A program made the translations under genes and the position numbers. Below the pieces are notes generated by a model. It was not told the DNA's origin and made no database searches. It saw nothing but the letters and a program-made list of their open reading frames with translations. From positions 32,001 through 96,000 of the IMG/VR virus record IMGVR_UViG_3300009081_000009: 64,000 nt of DNA; one strand, given 5' to 3'. Shown in pieces: positions 29,789-39,015 of the stretch (its first letter is position 1; the number at the start of each line of letters is the position of its first letter). Source of the DNA: a virus.

Positions 29789-30979
29789 ATGTCTAATATA
29801 GAACCAACAGTAATGGTAATCAGTCCATATAGCAGCGGTATAACCAATAAATTAACATTCATGGCTAAAGGATTGCAATCAGAACATGATGCGGATACAG
29901 AACCTCTATATATCGAATGTTATAAGAAAGATACCGGAGAGTCTACAATCAGAATAAGTACCGGAACGGGAATATGGTGTGAATTTCAACCATACGATAA
30001 AGAAGCTGGTGAATTGTTGCCTACATCGGTTGCTGTAAATCTATACGATTTATTCAATACTGTTGATCAATGTGCTGATGAAATGATTTCATTCTGGATC
30101 GATGATGAATCTAATGAATTAGTATTAAATAGTATGTATAATCCTACAAAGGATATTGATGAGTTGGAAGTTCGATTCCGTATTATAGAAAAGGGATTCG
30201 CTAGAAGATTGATTGATGTAGAACCAACTGATACCCTAATAACAACAATTGAATTAAATCAGATGTCATTGATGAGCATTCTATCTGAATTGAATGTAGA
30301 AAATTCAGTAGATGGCGTAAATATGATAATTCAAAACGGTAAATTGAAATTTCAATCAGTATATGCTGGTTTGAAGAGTAATTTGATTATAAAAGAATAT
30401 GCGAATGAAGTATATCCTACCGATGTATCTGTATTTATACCATTTAATATATTTAATTTGATGATGTCAACTGGTGAATATAAAGATATCAAATTTAGCG
30501 TATATGAGAATAACATTGTTACCGTCAATACCGATGAATATAAATTTGTATATCGTGGTAACGAGGTGAGAGCCGTATTTTCATCTGATGCATCTAAGTA
30601 TGAAGATTATTTCGTGATTGATGCTAAATTAATCGATAGTACAATGAAATTGATTAATAAATTAACTCAGCAGGTTCCTGTAACAAATATTACATTTGAA
30701 AAGGTGAGTGCTGGTGAAGCTGATATATCAACAGAATTCACAGATCGTTTTTCTATTTCAATCAGAACCGATTTAGCTATGTTATCAGATAAAAAAATGA
30801 CAGTTGATGCTCAATTATTCGCTGAAATGATGAAACGCACAGGACTTGATGCAATTAAAGTGAAAGTCAATTCGGATGATGGTGTATATATTGGATTTGA
30901 AAACAAAATGATCATAAAACAAATGGAATATGATCATTCAGATTTCAGTAAATTCCGAACTTATTCAGAGCATAAATAA
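29789..30979 (+). CDS. divergent DnaN (beta-clamp)-like protein
   Basis: 396 aa with three repeats of the clamp beta-alpha-beta pattern: SVAVNLYDLFNTV, VDGVNMIIQNGKLKF/DVSVFIPF, FVIDAKLI/MTVDAQLFAEMMK. Confidence 0.55.
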   Translation: MSNIEPTVMVISPYSSGITNKLTFMAKGLQSEHDADTEPLYIECYKKDTGESTIRISTGTGIWCEFQPYDKEAGELLPTSVAVNLYDLFNTVDQCADEMISFWIDDESNELVLNSMYNPTKDIDELEVRFRIIEKGFARRLIDVEPTDTLITTIELNQMSLMSILSELNVENSVDGVNMIIQNGKLKFQSVYAGLKSNLIIKEYANEVYPTDVSVFIPFNIFNLMMSTGEYKDIKFSVYENNIVTVNTDEYKFVYRGNEVRAVFSSDASKYEDYFVIDAKLIDSTMKLINKLTQQVPVTNITFEKVSAGEADISTEFTDRFSISIRTDLAMLSDKKMTVDAQLFAEMMKRTGLDAIKVKVNSDDGVYIGFENKMIIKQMEYDHSDFSKFRTYSEHK

Positions 30980-31525
30980 TTATAATTCTAGTTCATCCAT
31001 CATTGCGGAAAATTCTTCCTCACTTGGTATTTGACTAGATTCATCAGCAGATTCTGGAGTTTCTTCGGTTGGTTCGGTTGGGGTTGGTTGACCCTCTTCT
31101 GTGCCCTCTGGAGGAACTTCTTCTGTAGGTATAGCAGAAGGTTCTTCCATTCCTGTATCTCCTTCAATTGGTGCTTCTGTGCCTTCTGGTGATATATCAG
31201 CGGATGGATTTTCAAGATCTTGTTCAATCTCATTACCGAATTGTTGTTCAGCTTCACCAACCTCTTGATCTTGAAGTTCTTCTTTAGCTTCTTTATTTGG
31301 ATTTGTTAAATAGTCTTCTAATCGTCTTCCGATTTCTGTGTATAAATCAGTTTTTCCAAAATTTATATATTTAGTTGGATTATACATTACGTCATATTGT
31401 ACTTCTCTATTATACTTATCCCATAATGATTTCAATTCACGGTATGTTTTTCCTGATGTGTTGCTTAAATTAACAATATATGATGATGTATTGCTATCGT
31501 TTTGAAATGGTATATTTATAGGCAT
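30980..31525 (-). CDS. hypothetical late protein with E/P-rich C-terminus
   Basis: 181 aa; GGAG SD; TATAAACTT at 31545-31553 on the - strand. Confidence 0.75.
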   Translation of the reverse strand: MPINIPFQNDSNTSSYIVNLSNTSGKTYRELKSLWDKYNREVQYDVMYNPTKYINFGKTDLYTEIGRRLEDYLTNPNKEAKEELQDQEVGEAEQQFGNEIEQDLENPSADISPEGTEAPIEGDTGMEEPSAIPTEEVPPEGTEEGQPTPTEPTEETPESADESSQIPSEEEFSAMMDELEL

Positions 31526-31544
31526 TTGTAATCTCCAATATGTA

Positions 31545-31577
31545 AAGTTTATATAATTTTCTCTTTTTTATAAACTA
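31545..31577. promoter_or_regulatory. divergent pair of late-type promoters
   Basis: AAGTTTATA 31545-31553 (-) and TATAAACTA 31569-31577 (+). Confidence 0.65.
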
Positions 31578-31608
31578 ATATAAACAAAGAATATAAGCGG
31601 AGCCTTTT

Positions 31609-32334
31609 ATGGACATGCTAAGTTTAAATGCGCTAATGGAACAGACTAAGATGATTGAAGATATTTCAGCATCTGTAACTGATGATCAGGATTATAACGT
31701 TATGACTCAACGGTCTAATGTTGTTATGGAATCTGTAGATGATGTCAATGGAATACTATCAAGAGGAAATGATATCAACAATGTGATTGATTTTTCTGAC
31801 TTAGAAAATGCTGTTAGCGGATTGACGGAATGCAATAACACCAACTTAGGAACGCAAGTATCTAATAAAATGAAGGAAAATATGAAAGATCCAAAAGCAA
31901 ACCCAATAGTAAAACCAAGTGCTCCAAAGGCACCAATACAGGAAGCAAGCGCAAGCAACCCATCTGCTGGTGTAACTAGCGCGAATGCTTTTATGAATGC
32001 AACCCCAATCAAGCAAACTGAATTTGTTACTGCAAAAACAGCAGCAAAAGTAAGCACTGAACTTGAAAAGGCTAATACAGCATCAGAATTGCCTGTAACT
32101 GAACATAAAAATGATAAAGTAGTTGATACCCAAGCTGATAAAGCCATGAATCAAATGCGTAAAGATGCGGATGATAAAAAGAAATGGGAAGAAGTATCAA
32201 AGAAACAAACTAAATTATGTAATAATTCCGCTAAATTTGAGTCCTTTATGGAATCTATGAAAACCGACGACAATAAAGTTTTGGTTGAAAGTTTCACTAA
32301 AGCATTCAATGTATTAATTAAAAAACATATATAA
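31609..32334 (+). CDS. late protein with the shared KFESFMES..LVES motif at its C-terminus
   Basis: 241 aa; late promoter; GGAG SD. Confidence 0.8.
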   Translation: MDMLSLNALMEQTKMIEDISASVTDDQDYNVMTQRSNVVMESVDDVNGILSRGNDINNVIDFSDLENAVSGLTECNNTNLGTQVSNKMKENMKDPKANPIVKPSAPKAPIQEASASNPSAGVTSANAFMNATPIKQTEFVTAKTAAKVSTELEKANTASELPVTEHKNDKVVDTQADKAMNQMRKDADDKKKWEEVSKKQTKLCNNSAKFESFMESMKTDDNKVLVESFTKAFNVLIKKHI

Positions 32335-32355
32335 TTTATTTCAAAATTATTTTTT

Positions 32356-32394
32356 AAAAAGTGATATAATATTTTATGTCACTTTTTCTTTTTT
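32356..32394 (+). terminator. intrinsic terminator
   Basis: AAAAAGTGATATAA...TTATGTCACTTTTT. Confidence 0.6.
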
Positions 32395-32447
32395 ATCTAT
32401 ATTTATAAGTAATCCCGGTCGGGAGACAAACAGGTAAATATATATAT

Positions 32448-35297
32448 ATGCAAGAAGAACAGACTAAAAAGTCTATGTGGTCAGCTATTCACCACGATAG
32501 AGCAAAAAACTTAATGTTCCTATGGTACACAGATGGAACTAGAACAGCAGTAAGAACAAAACACAGATTTTTTACCCCAATACGTGGAGAATATGGATCA
32601 TCTCCTAGTGGTATGAAAGATATTTATGGTCGTGATATGTATGAGGCCATAGTTGATAGTCGTACTGAAATGGATATAAAAAATGCCAACATAGGAAGAC
32701 ATAATCACATTTCTGAATGTGATATCGATTTTAGAACTAGATGGCTTCAACGAGCATATCAAGAATATGATGACCTTAGATTTAATGTAAAGGATATCAA
32801 TATATGTTATCTTGATATTGAGGTGGCTACTAAAGGTAAATTCCCATCCGCATCTAAAGCAGCCTACCCAATCAATTGTGTTACTATTTATTTTTCTAAA
32901 TATGACAAATATTATACATACGGATTAAATCAAGAACTTAAACCTGAGACAACGGAAACTCTTAAATCACATAACTGTGAATATATTAATTGTGCTACTG
33001 AAAGAGAGTTATTACATAAATTATTCACTGCTATTGGAACTAATGAAGTCGATATATTAACTCATTGGAATGGTGATTTTTTCGATATTCCTTATATAGT
33101 GAAACGAGCTGAATTACTGGAAGTCCCTCTTAAATTATTGAGTAGATTACCTGAACAATTTAAAAGTGCTTATATAAGCAAGCAAGATGGTTCCCTTATA
33201 ATTGGTGGAACTGAGAATATTGACTTTTTAAAACTATATAGAAAGTATACGTTCTCCGAACGCGATAACTATAAATTAGATACCATCGGTTTTGTTGAAT
33301 GTGGTGAACGAAAAGCACCATTACCTAATGGATATTTAAGTTATATGACTGACTGGGATAACTTTATCCTATATAACTTTCAAGACGTTAGACTTATGAC
33401 TAAGATTGAAGGTAATTGTCGAATGTTCGATACTACCTTTACTGCATGTTCGGAAGCAAAGGTTCCATTCTCTGCTATATTTGAAGCTAAGAAGATGCTT
33501 GTAGGATTTATATTGAACTTCCTACACAAGCGTAATCTTGTAATGCCTCCTCTTAAAGAAAATACACGTGAATGGTTTCCGGGTGCATATGTATATGCAA
33601 CAGCAGGATATTATCTACATCTAGTGTCCTATGACTATAGATCTATGTATCCCTCTATTATGATGGGTGCTAATATTAGTCCAGAAACAAAGGTATTGTA
33701 TCCTATAGATGAAGTAATCCCAGAGGAAATATTAAAAACCCTTGTTCGAAGTCCATGGACAGGAAATAATACCCGACAAGTATTTTATAGACGAGATGTT
33801 ACAGGTATTGTGCCTCAAGTTGTTAAGATATTGTTTGATGGTCGTACAGATCTGAAATTGCTAATGAAAAAAGCTAGTAAAGCTGGTGATACTCATTTAG
33901 CTGATTTCTATGACATGAAGCAGAAAACGTACAAAATTTTAGGTAATTCTCTATATGGCTTATTGGGTAATCCATACTTCCAGTTATATGATATTGATAA
34001 TTCAGCATCAATTACTGCATTCGGACAGGCATTAATCACTAGCACAGTTGATCAATTATGTACGTACATAGATACTCAAATGAGTTCGGATGCTAGATTT
34101 GATGCGTTATTTGGTTATAAAGCACCCATAGATCCTGCATTAACCGGAACATATGAAAACAAAGAAGGGTTAACTATGTATCGTCGTGTAAGTCATGGCG
34201 ATACCGACTCTTTCTTCGTAAAATATACCGACATATATAAGCCATATATGGAAAATGTTGGAAAAAAAGTAGAAGTTATTGTATTTAATGGCACTACTGT
34301 TGTCGAAAGAAATACATATAATCTTCCTACTGAAGAAATAGCATCTAAGAAATATTTTAATGCGATGTGTACTAAGTATTGTCCATCATGGACAGATCCT
34401 GAAACAGATGATAAGAAAAAGAAAAAAGCATTTGCCGAGGGAATCGTATTCGGTAAAGGATATCGTGTCATATATAACAGATTCTGTCTAACTGATTTCT
34501 GTCGTATTATGGATGCTGGTATCATGGAAGAAAAATTAGCTGAATTCATGAGTGATTATGCTAAGCATTGGAATTACTATGAAAACACTTTATTCCTTAA
34601 ACGTGAAAAGTGTATTCATCAAGCTATTGTTACTGCAAAAAAGAAATACATCTGTAATATTGAAAGCAACGAAGATGAAAAATATTTAGATAAAGAAACG
34701 TTTTTACCTAAAGAAAAATTCGGCATCACTGGTCTTGAAATAGTTCGTAGTTCAACCACACCATTTTCTAGAGATAGAATTATGAAGTTGATAAAAATGA
34801 TGTTTAAGACCATGGATAAAGCAATTATTCGTGATGAATATCTAAAGGTAAAGATCGAGTTCTTCCAGAAAATTGATAGAGGTGAATACTACGATATATC
34901 AATTCCATCTGGTGTTAAATCCGATCCACCTAAATATTCTGACTATATCACGTGGAGTGATGAGGAGAAAACTAAAGTTGACTGGAGACTTCGCGCAGGG
35001 TCTGTGTGGAATTTCTTAATAGAAAACGACGAGGTTCTGAAAAATATGACATTAGAACCAATTTTTGAAGCATCTAAAGTAAAGTTTATTAAAGTTTGTG
35101 AGAACAAATATAAAATAAACGCAGTTGCTTTCGTTGGTGATAAATGCCCTGATAGATTATTTGAAATATTCACTCCTAATTGGGATGAACAATGGATAAA
35201 AACATTTGCTCAAACTATGGATAGACTATTTGATGCAGTAGGTTGGGGTGTTGGATTGGAAAATGATGAACGTGATACTATGGTAGATATACTTTAA
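32448..35297 (+). CDS. gp43: gp43-like family B DNA polymerase
   Basis: ExoI LDIEV, ExoII WNGDFFDIPY, ExoIII YNFQDV, motif A DYRSMYPSI, motif B KILGNSLYG, motif C GDTDS, KKKY. Confidence 0.96.
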   Translation: MQEEQTKKSMWSAIHHDRAKNLMFLWYTDGTRTAVRTKHRFFTPIRGEYGSSPSGMKDIYGRDMYEAIVDSRTEMDIKNANIGRHNHISECDIDFRTRWLQRAYQEYDDLRFNVKDINICYLDIEVATKGKFPSASKAAYPINCVTIYFSKYDKYYTYGLNQELKPETTETLKSHNCEYINCATERELLHKLFTAIGTNEVDILTHWNGDFFDIPYIVKRAELLEVPLKLLSRLPEQFKSAYISKQDGSLIIGGTENIDFLKLYRKYTFSERDNYKLDTIGFVECGERKAPLPNGYLSYMTDWDNFILYNFQDVRLMTKIEGNCRMFDTTFTACSEAKVPFSAIFEAKKMLVGFILNFLHKRNLVMPPLKENTREWFPGAYVYATAGYYLHLVSYDYRSMYPSIMMGANISPETKVLYPIDEVIPEEILKTLVRSPWTGNNTRQVFYRRDVTGIVPQVVKILFDGRTDLKLLMKKASKAGDTHLADFYDMKQKTYKILGNSLYGLLGNPYFQLYDIDNSASITAFGQALITSTVDQLCTYIDTQMSSDARFDALFGYKAPIDPALTGTYENKEGLTMYRRVSHGDTDSFFVKYTDIYKPYMENVGKKVEVIVFNGTTVVERNTYNLPTEEIASKKYFNAMCTKYCPSWTDPETDDKKKKKAFAEGIVFGKGYRVIYNRFCLTDFCRIMDAGIMEEKLAEFMSDYAKHWNYYENTLFLKREKCIHQAIVTAKKKYICNIESNEDEKYLDKETFLPKEKFGITGLEIVRSSTTPFSRDRIMKLIKMMFKTMDKAIIRDEYLKVKIEFFQKIDRGEYYDISIPSGVKSDPPKYSDYITWSDEEKTKVDWRLRAGSVWNFLIENDEVLKNMTLEPIFEASKVKFIKVCENKYKINAVAFVGDKCPDRLFEIFTPNWDEQWIKTFAQTMDRLFDAVGWGVGLENDERDTMVDIL

Positions 35298-35452
35298 GCA
35301 TATTTATCAACATTAGCTGAATTCTCACATCTCGTTATTTTATTAACGAGATGTTTTTTCATTTCTGGTAATTTTATAGGTCTATTACTTAAAAAATTAG
35401 ATTGAATCGCGTAATAATATGCATATGGATTTATATCAGATGTGATGTTCAT
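35294..35452 (-). CDS. possible 52-aa ORF
   Basis: MNITSDINPYAYYYAIQSNF...; TAATG-coupled to the 35452-35808 gene, but overlaps a terminator. Confidence 0.35.
   Translation of the reverse strand: MNITSDINPYAYYYAIQSNFLSNRPIKLPEMKKHLVNKITRCENSANVDKYA
35327..35359 (+). terminator. intrinsic terminator after gp43
   Basis: ACATCTCGTT...AACGAGATGT-TTTTT. Confidence 0.7.
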
Positions 35453-35808
35453 TAACTTTCTCCATAACTTGCACTATAATTACTGGTTTCGTTCGATTTT
35501 AATGCATCTTTTCCTGTTGATGTGCGTCCAACTGGTGGCATTTGTGCAATTCTGGCTCCCATTTGAGACATATTTGCTATATTATTCTTATCATCTGGTA
35601 ATGTTTGTTGAAAATAATCTGTACTAGGTTTGATGTAATCTATAGCACTTGCTGGACTTGGGTGTGTCACCGTTTGTCCATTAGGTTTACCATTAGCATC
35701 ATCCGTACTTATACTTTCTATAATAATAAGACCTTCTTTAATAGTATCTATTAATATTGGGTCTACATCATGCATAGAAGTTAAGAAAGATTCAAATTTA
35801 TTATTCAT
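35452..35808 (-). CDS. small late protein with N-terminal KFESFLTS..LIDTI motif
   Basis: 118 aa; TATAAACTA at 35831-35839 (-). Confidence 0.75.
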   Translation of the reverse strand: MNNKFESFLTSMHDVDPILIDTIKEGLIIIESISTDDANGKPNGQTVTHPSPASAIDYIKPSTDYFQQTLPDDKNNIANMSQMGARIAQMPPVGRTSTGKDALKSNETSNYSASYGES

Positions 35809-35879
35809 ATTACTCAGTCCTGATTAAAAATAGTTTATACTTACATGAAAAACTTGCTATATTTATAGGAACGAGGTTT

Positions 35880-36914
35880 ATGATGAGTAATATGGATATA
35901 TTTTCAGGTGATGGAATAGATGAAGTAAATAAAATGATGCTTACTTCTAAGCAAAAGGTAAGTGATAGCCTACCATGGGTAGCAAAATATAGTCCGAAAT
36001 GCGTTGATGATGTAATTCTACCTCAGAAATTACGCAATATGATTAAATTTGCTTTACAAAATAATAAATTCACTCATTTTTGCTTTCATTCGGGAAAACC
36101 CGGAACAGGAAAGACAAGTACTGCAATTGCAATCGCGGAAGAATTTGAAACCGACTATCAAGTTTTTTATATTTCCGAAAAACCAATGGAATGCATCGAC
36201 AGTATTAGAAATTATGCATCTCAAAAAAATGTAGATGGTAAACCACGTTTTGTTATATTGGATGAGGCCGACACTCCAAAGATGCAAGATCCATCTAAAT
36301 TCTACACAGCATTACAACCATTGATTGAATCAACTACATCAACCCTTAGATTCATACTAACATGTAACAATCTATATAAAATACAACCAGCCATCTTATC
36401 TAGATGCACACCAATATCATTTGCATATGATGTTAATGATGCTGATATTAAACTGCAAGTATTTCGTCGAATGAAAGAGATCGCTAAAAATGAAGTCCTT
36501 GATAACGGTGGTACTGTTGATAATGAAACAATCAAGGCTATAATAAAATTCTATTATCCTGATATTAGATCTATTACTCAACAACTCCAAGTAAATTATA
36601 TGGAGAATCTTGGTTCGATTGCAGGGACACCATCGCTAATTTCATATGAAAACCTAGATACTATTTGGGATTATATTCTAAAGGTAGATGAGGAGAATCT
36701 ACGTAAATTCGTAACATTGCATGTTGTTGATTTTGTATCTGTATATGCACCATTTGGAGCATATGTAATGGAACGCATCGATAAAAAATATAGACTTAGC
36801 TTCTCTGTATTACTTGGTAAATATCAAGTACAGTCAGCAATGCCAGCAGTTGATCAAGAAATTAATCTAAACTCATTTTTTGCAAGTATAATGCTGTTAT
36901 TGCAAGGTAAATAA
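35880..36914 (+). CDS. gp44: gp44-like clamp loader large subunit (AAA+)
   Basis: WVAKYSP, GKPGTGKTS, ILDEAD, FILTCN, ILSRC, YYPDIR. Confidence 0.93.
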   Translation: MMSNMDIFSGDGIDEVNKMMLTSKQKVSDSLPWVAKYSPKCVDDVILPQKLRNMIKFALQNNKFTHFCFHSGKPGTGKTSTAIAIAEEFETDYQVFYISEKPMECIDSIRNYASQKNVDGKPRFVILDEADTPKMQDPSKFYTALQPLIESTTSTLRFILTCNNLYKIQPAILSRCTPISFAYDVNDADIKLQVFRRMKEIAKNEVLDNGGTVDNETIKAIIKFYYPDIRSITQQLQVNYMENLGSIAGTPSLISYENLDTIWDYILKVDEENLRKFVTLHVVDFVSVYAPFGAYVMERIDKKYRLSFSVLLGKYQVQSAMPAVDQEINLNSFFASIMLLLQGK

Positions 36915-37361
36915 ATGGCTAATTTTGATTATTTTGCATTCATGCATAACCGCAGATCCTCAATTGAACCAACTGAGGATGAAAAGCGTGAATTCAATTT
37001 ATTTATGACTCAAATGGTATTGTCTATGGATACAAGACAATCAGTTATTAATATATTGGATAAAATAAATACTAAAGAATTTTTTTCATTGCCAAATGAA
37101 ATTCAATGCATGGCATTTACAACACTGGATGGTGCTTCATTGAATCTTAAATGGAAGAAATCTAAAGCGGGTTCTCAAGAATCACATAAAGAAACCATTG
37201 AAAAAATAATGAAAGTATATAAGTTATCTCATAATGATGCTGAATCATGTATAAGATTTAATACTATTAATATGAATGAATTAAATGAATTATATACACG
37301 TATATATGATACAGATGATATAAAATTCAGAGCGACAAAGGCATCAAAGAAATCTAAATGA
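36915..37361 (+). CDS. gp62: gp62-like clamp loader small subunit
   Basis: Directly after gp44; FNLFM...LSM, KW.K, IMKVYKLSHNDA pattern. Confidence 0.75.
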   Translation: MANFDYFAFMHNRRSSIEPTEDEKREFNLFMTQMVLSMDTRQSVINILDKINTKEFFSLPNEIQCMAFTTLDGASLNLKWKKSKAGSQESHKETIEKIMKVYKLSHNDAESCIRFNTINMNELNELYTRIYDTDDIKFRATKASKKSK

Positions 37362-37600
37362 ACCAAAATGTGGTGGATATGACTCAAAATGTGGTAGATA
37401 TAAATAATGAAGATATTACAACTGTTATGACTCTGTTAGGTGTTCCTTATGATACAGCAAAGGAATTAATCCGAGATGGATTGAATATGCAATATTTAAG
37501 AACAGGATTAAAGGATGATATTGAACGAGAAACTACTCAACTTAGAGATGAGTATATTAATCGTATCAATGAAATGATTAAAATTGAATTTGAGTCATAA
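37358..37600 (+). CDS. hypothetical protein
   Basis: 80 aa; ATGA-type overlap; begins with a 21-bp tandem duplication (MNQNVVD MTQNVVD). Confidence 0.65.
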   Translation: MNQNVVDMTQNVVDINNEDITTVMTLLGVPYDTAKELIRDGLNMQYLRTGLKDDIERETTQLRDEYINRINEMIKIEFES

Positions 37601-38284
37601 TTACTGCATTTTTTCTAATACAGTTTTATCGATTGCAGGTGCTTCTGTAGCTGGTTGATTCATTTCTTGTTCTTCCAATTTATCGGCAACTTCCATTTCC
37701 TTTGACTCATCTGTTATACCGCTAGAAAAGTCAACTAATATCTGTTGAAGAATTGGATCTGCTTCTTGTCCAGCAAATATGCCTGTGCCATATGCGAAAT
37801 CAATTAAATAATCAATTATAGTCTGACCATTTATATCAGTCTCGTCAATTACATTTTTTATAATTACCTTTTCTTTATCTGGTGTGGATTCTTTTTCTTC
37901 ATATGAAAAATCAGTATTTAGTATTTTTTTAATTAAATCATAATTAACAACTTCTGTAAATGTACCTGTCGCTGCTGATATCAAACACATCAATACGGTA
38001 TCGCCATATGAATTTTTATGTGCTAACATTAATGGATTTACTGATAATACATCAGCAATGCCGTTTTCTGCCCATATATGTAACTTTGTCGTCCATTCAC
38101 CACGATCAGTAGGAATTCTAGGAATGAATTGAACTGGGAATGTTTTTAATGCCCGTCTTTCGCCATCGGAAATAGCTTCAACTTCCTTTTCAAAGGTTCC
38201 TTGAATACTCTCAAGCAAATCAAAGGAATCAGGATTCTGATCTTTTAGCTCATTTAATAATACGTGAAATGCTCGTTTATCCAT
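37601..38284 (-). CDS. ankyrin-repeat-like late protein
   Basis: GEWTTKLHIWAENG, KNSYGDTVLMCLI, DINGQTIIDYL; TATAAACTA at 38306-38314 (-). Confidence 0.6.
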   Translation of the reverse strand: MDKRAFHVLLNELKDQNPDSFDLLESIQGTFEKEVEAISDGERRALKTFPVQFIPRIPTDRGEWTTKLHIWAENGIADVLSVNPLMLAHKNSYGDTVLMCLISAATGTFTEVVNYDLIKKILNTDFSYEEKESTPDKEKVIIKNVIDETDINGQTIIDYLIDFAYGTGIFAGQEADPILQQILVDFSSGITDESKEMEVADKLEEQEMNQPATEAPAIDKTVLEKMQ

Positions 38285-38328
38285 AATAATTATAGTATTT
38301 ATTATTAGTTTATAATATGATATAAAAA

Positions 38329-38352
38329 TAAAAGGGCGTTACCGCCCTTTTT
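38329..38352. terminator. intrinsic terminator (A/T-flanked; ends dUTPase transcript)
   Basis: AAAAGGGCG-TTAC-CGCCCTTTTT. Confidence 0.8.
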
Positions 38353-38354
38353 AA

Positions 38355-38849
38355 TTATTTACTTGTGCTTCCGAAGCCACCAAGTCGATCTCCTCCTACA
38401 GTGGATTCATCATCATCAGCAATTAAATATTTCTGAAACATCATCTGAGCCATTGCTTCGCCCTTTCCGATGGTCAGTGTATCATTTCCCTGATTATGTA
38501 ACTTTACGAATATCTCGCCTTCTTCCATCTCACCCTTTTTATTCATTACTGCTACAGGCTTATAATAATCACAATCTATAATGCCTGTTGAATTAGCTAA
38601 TCGTACTGAATACTTAAATCCATGTCCTGATCTAACATATGCCATAAGAACTTCATCTTCTAGCATATATGCTTTAATTTTTGTGGGAATAGCCTTTGAT
38701 ATCTGACCTGCTTCTATAACAATATCATTTCCTGTATTGTTAAATATATCATAGCATGCAGAAAACTTAGTACCTCTGCGTGGCATTAATACATTAGATG
38801 CCTCAGATGAATACTTACTAACAACTTCAAATCCTCTTGATCTAGCCAT
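38355..38849 (-). CDS. dut: trimeric dUTPase
   Basis: SACYD, VRSG, GIIDCDY, MAQ, RLGGFGST. Confidence 0.95.
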   Translation of the reverse strand: MARSRGFEVVSKYSSEASNVLMPRRGTKFSACYDIFNNTGNDIVIEAGQISKAIPTKIKAYMLEDEVLMAYVRSGHGFKYSVRLANSTGIIDCDYYKPVAVMNKKGEMEEGEIFVKLHNQGNDTLTIGKGEAMAQMMFQKYLIADDDESTVGGDRLGGFGSTSK

Positions 38850-38969
38850 TTTTAACTCCTATTTAGTGGTTAATTTAAATTTAGCAAATTTTTTCAAAAT
38901 TATATACATAATATAAACAAATGTAAATGTATGATAGTTTTTCAAAAAAATATTAAAAAACGTCATGCT

Positions 38970-38978
38970 TATAAACTA
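38970..38978 (+). promoter_or_regulatory. late-type promoter TATAAACTA (sheath operon)
   Basis: Upstream of the tail sheath gene. Confidence 0.75.
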
Positions 38979-39015
38979 TAAGTAAAGAATTATAGTACTT
39001 ATATAGGAGTTATAT

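Noticed and set aside
32448-35297. Inteins or introns in gp43, gp41, UvsW or UvsX
   Set aside because: No C/S...HN splice junctions or LAGLIDADG motifs seen; frames are continuous and lengths near normal.
37358-37399. 21-bp tandem duplication at an ORF start
   Set aside because: Two imperfect copies only; most likely a local duplication giving alternative starts.
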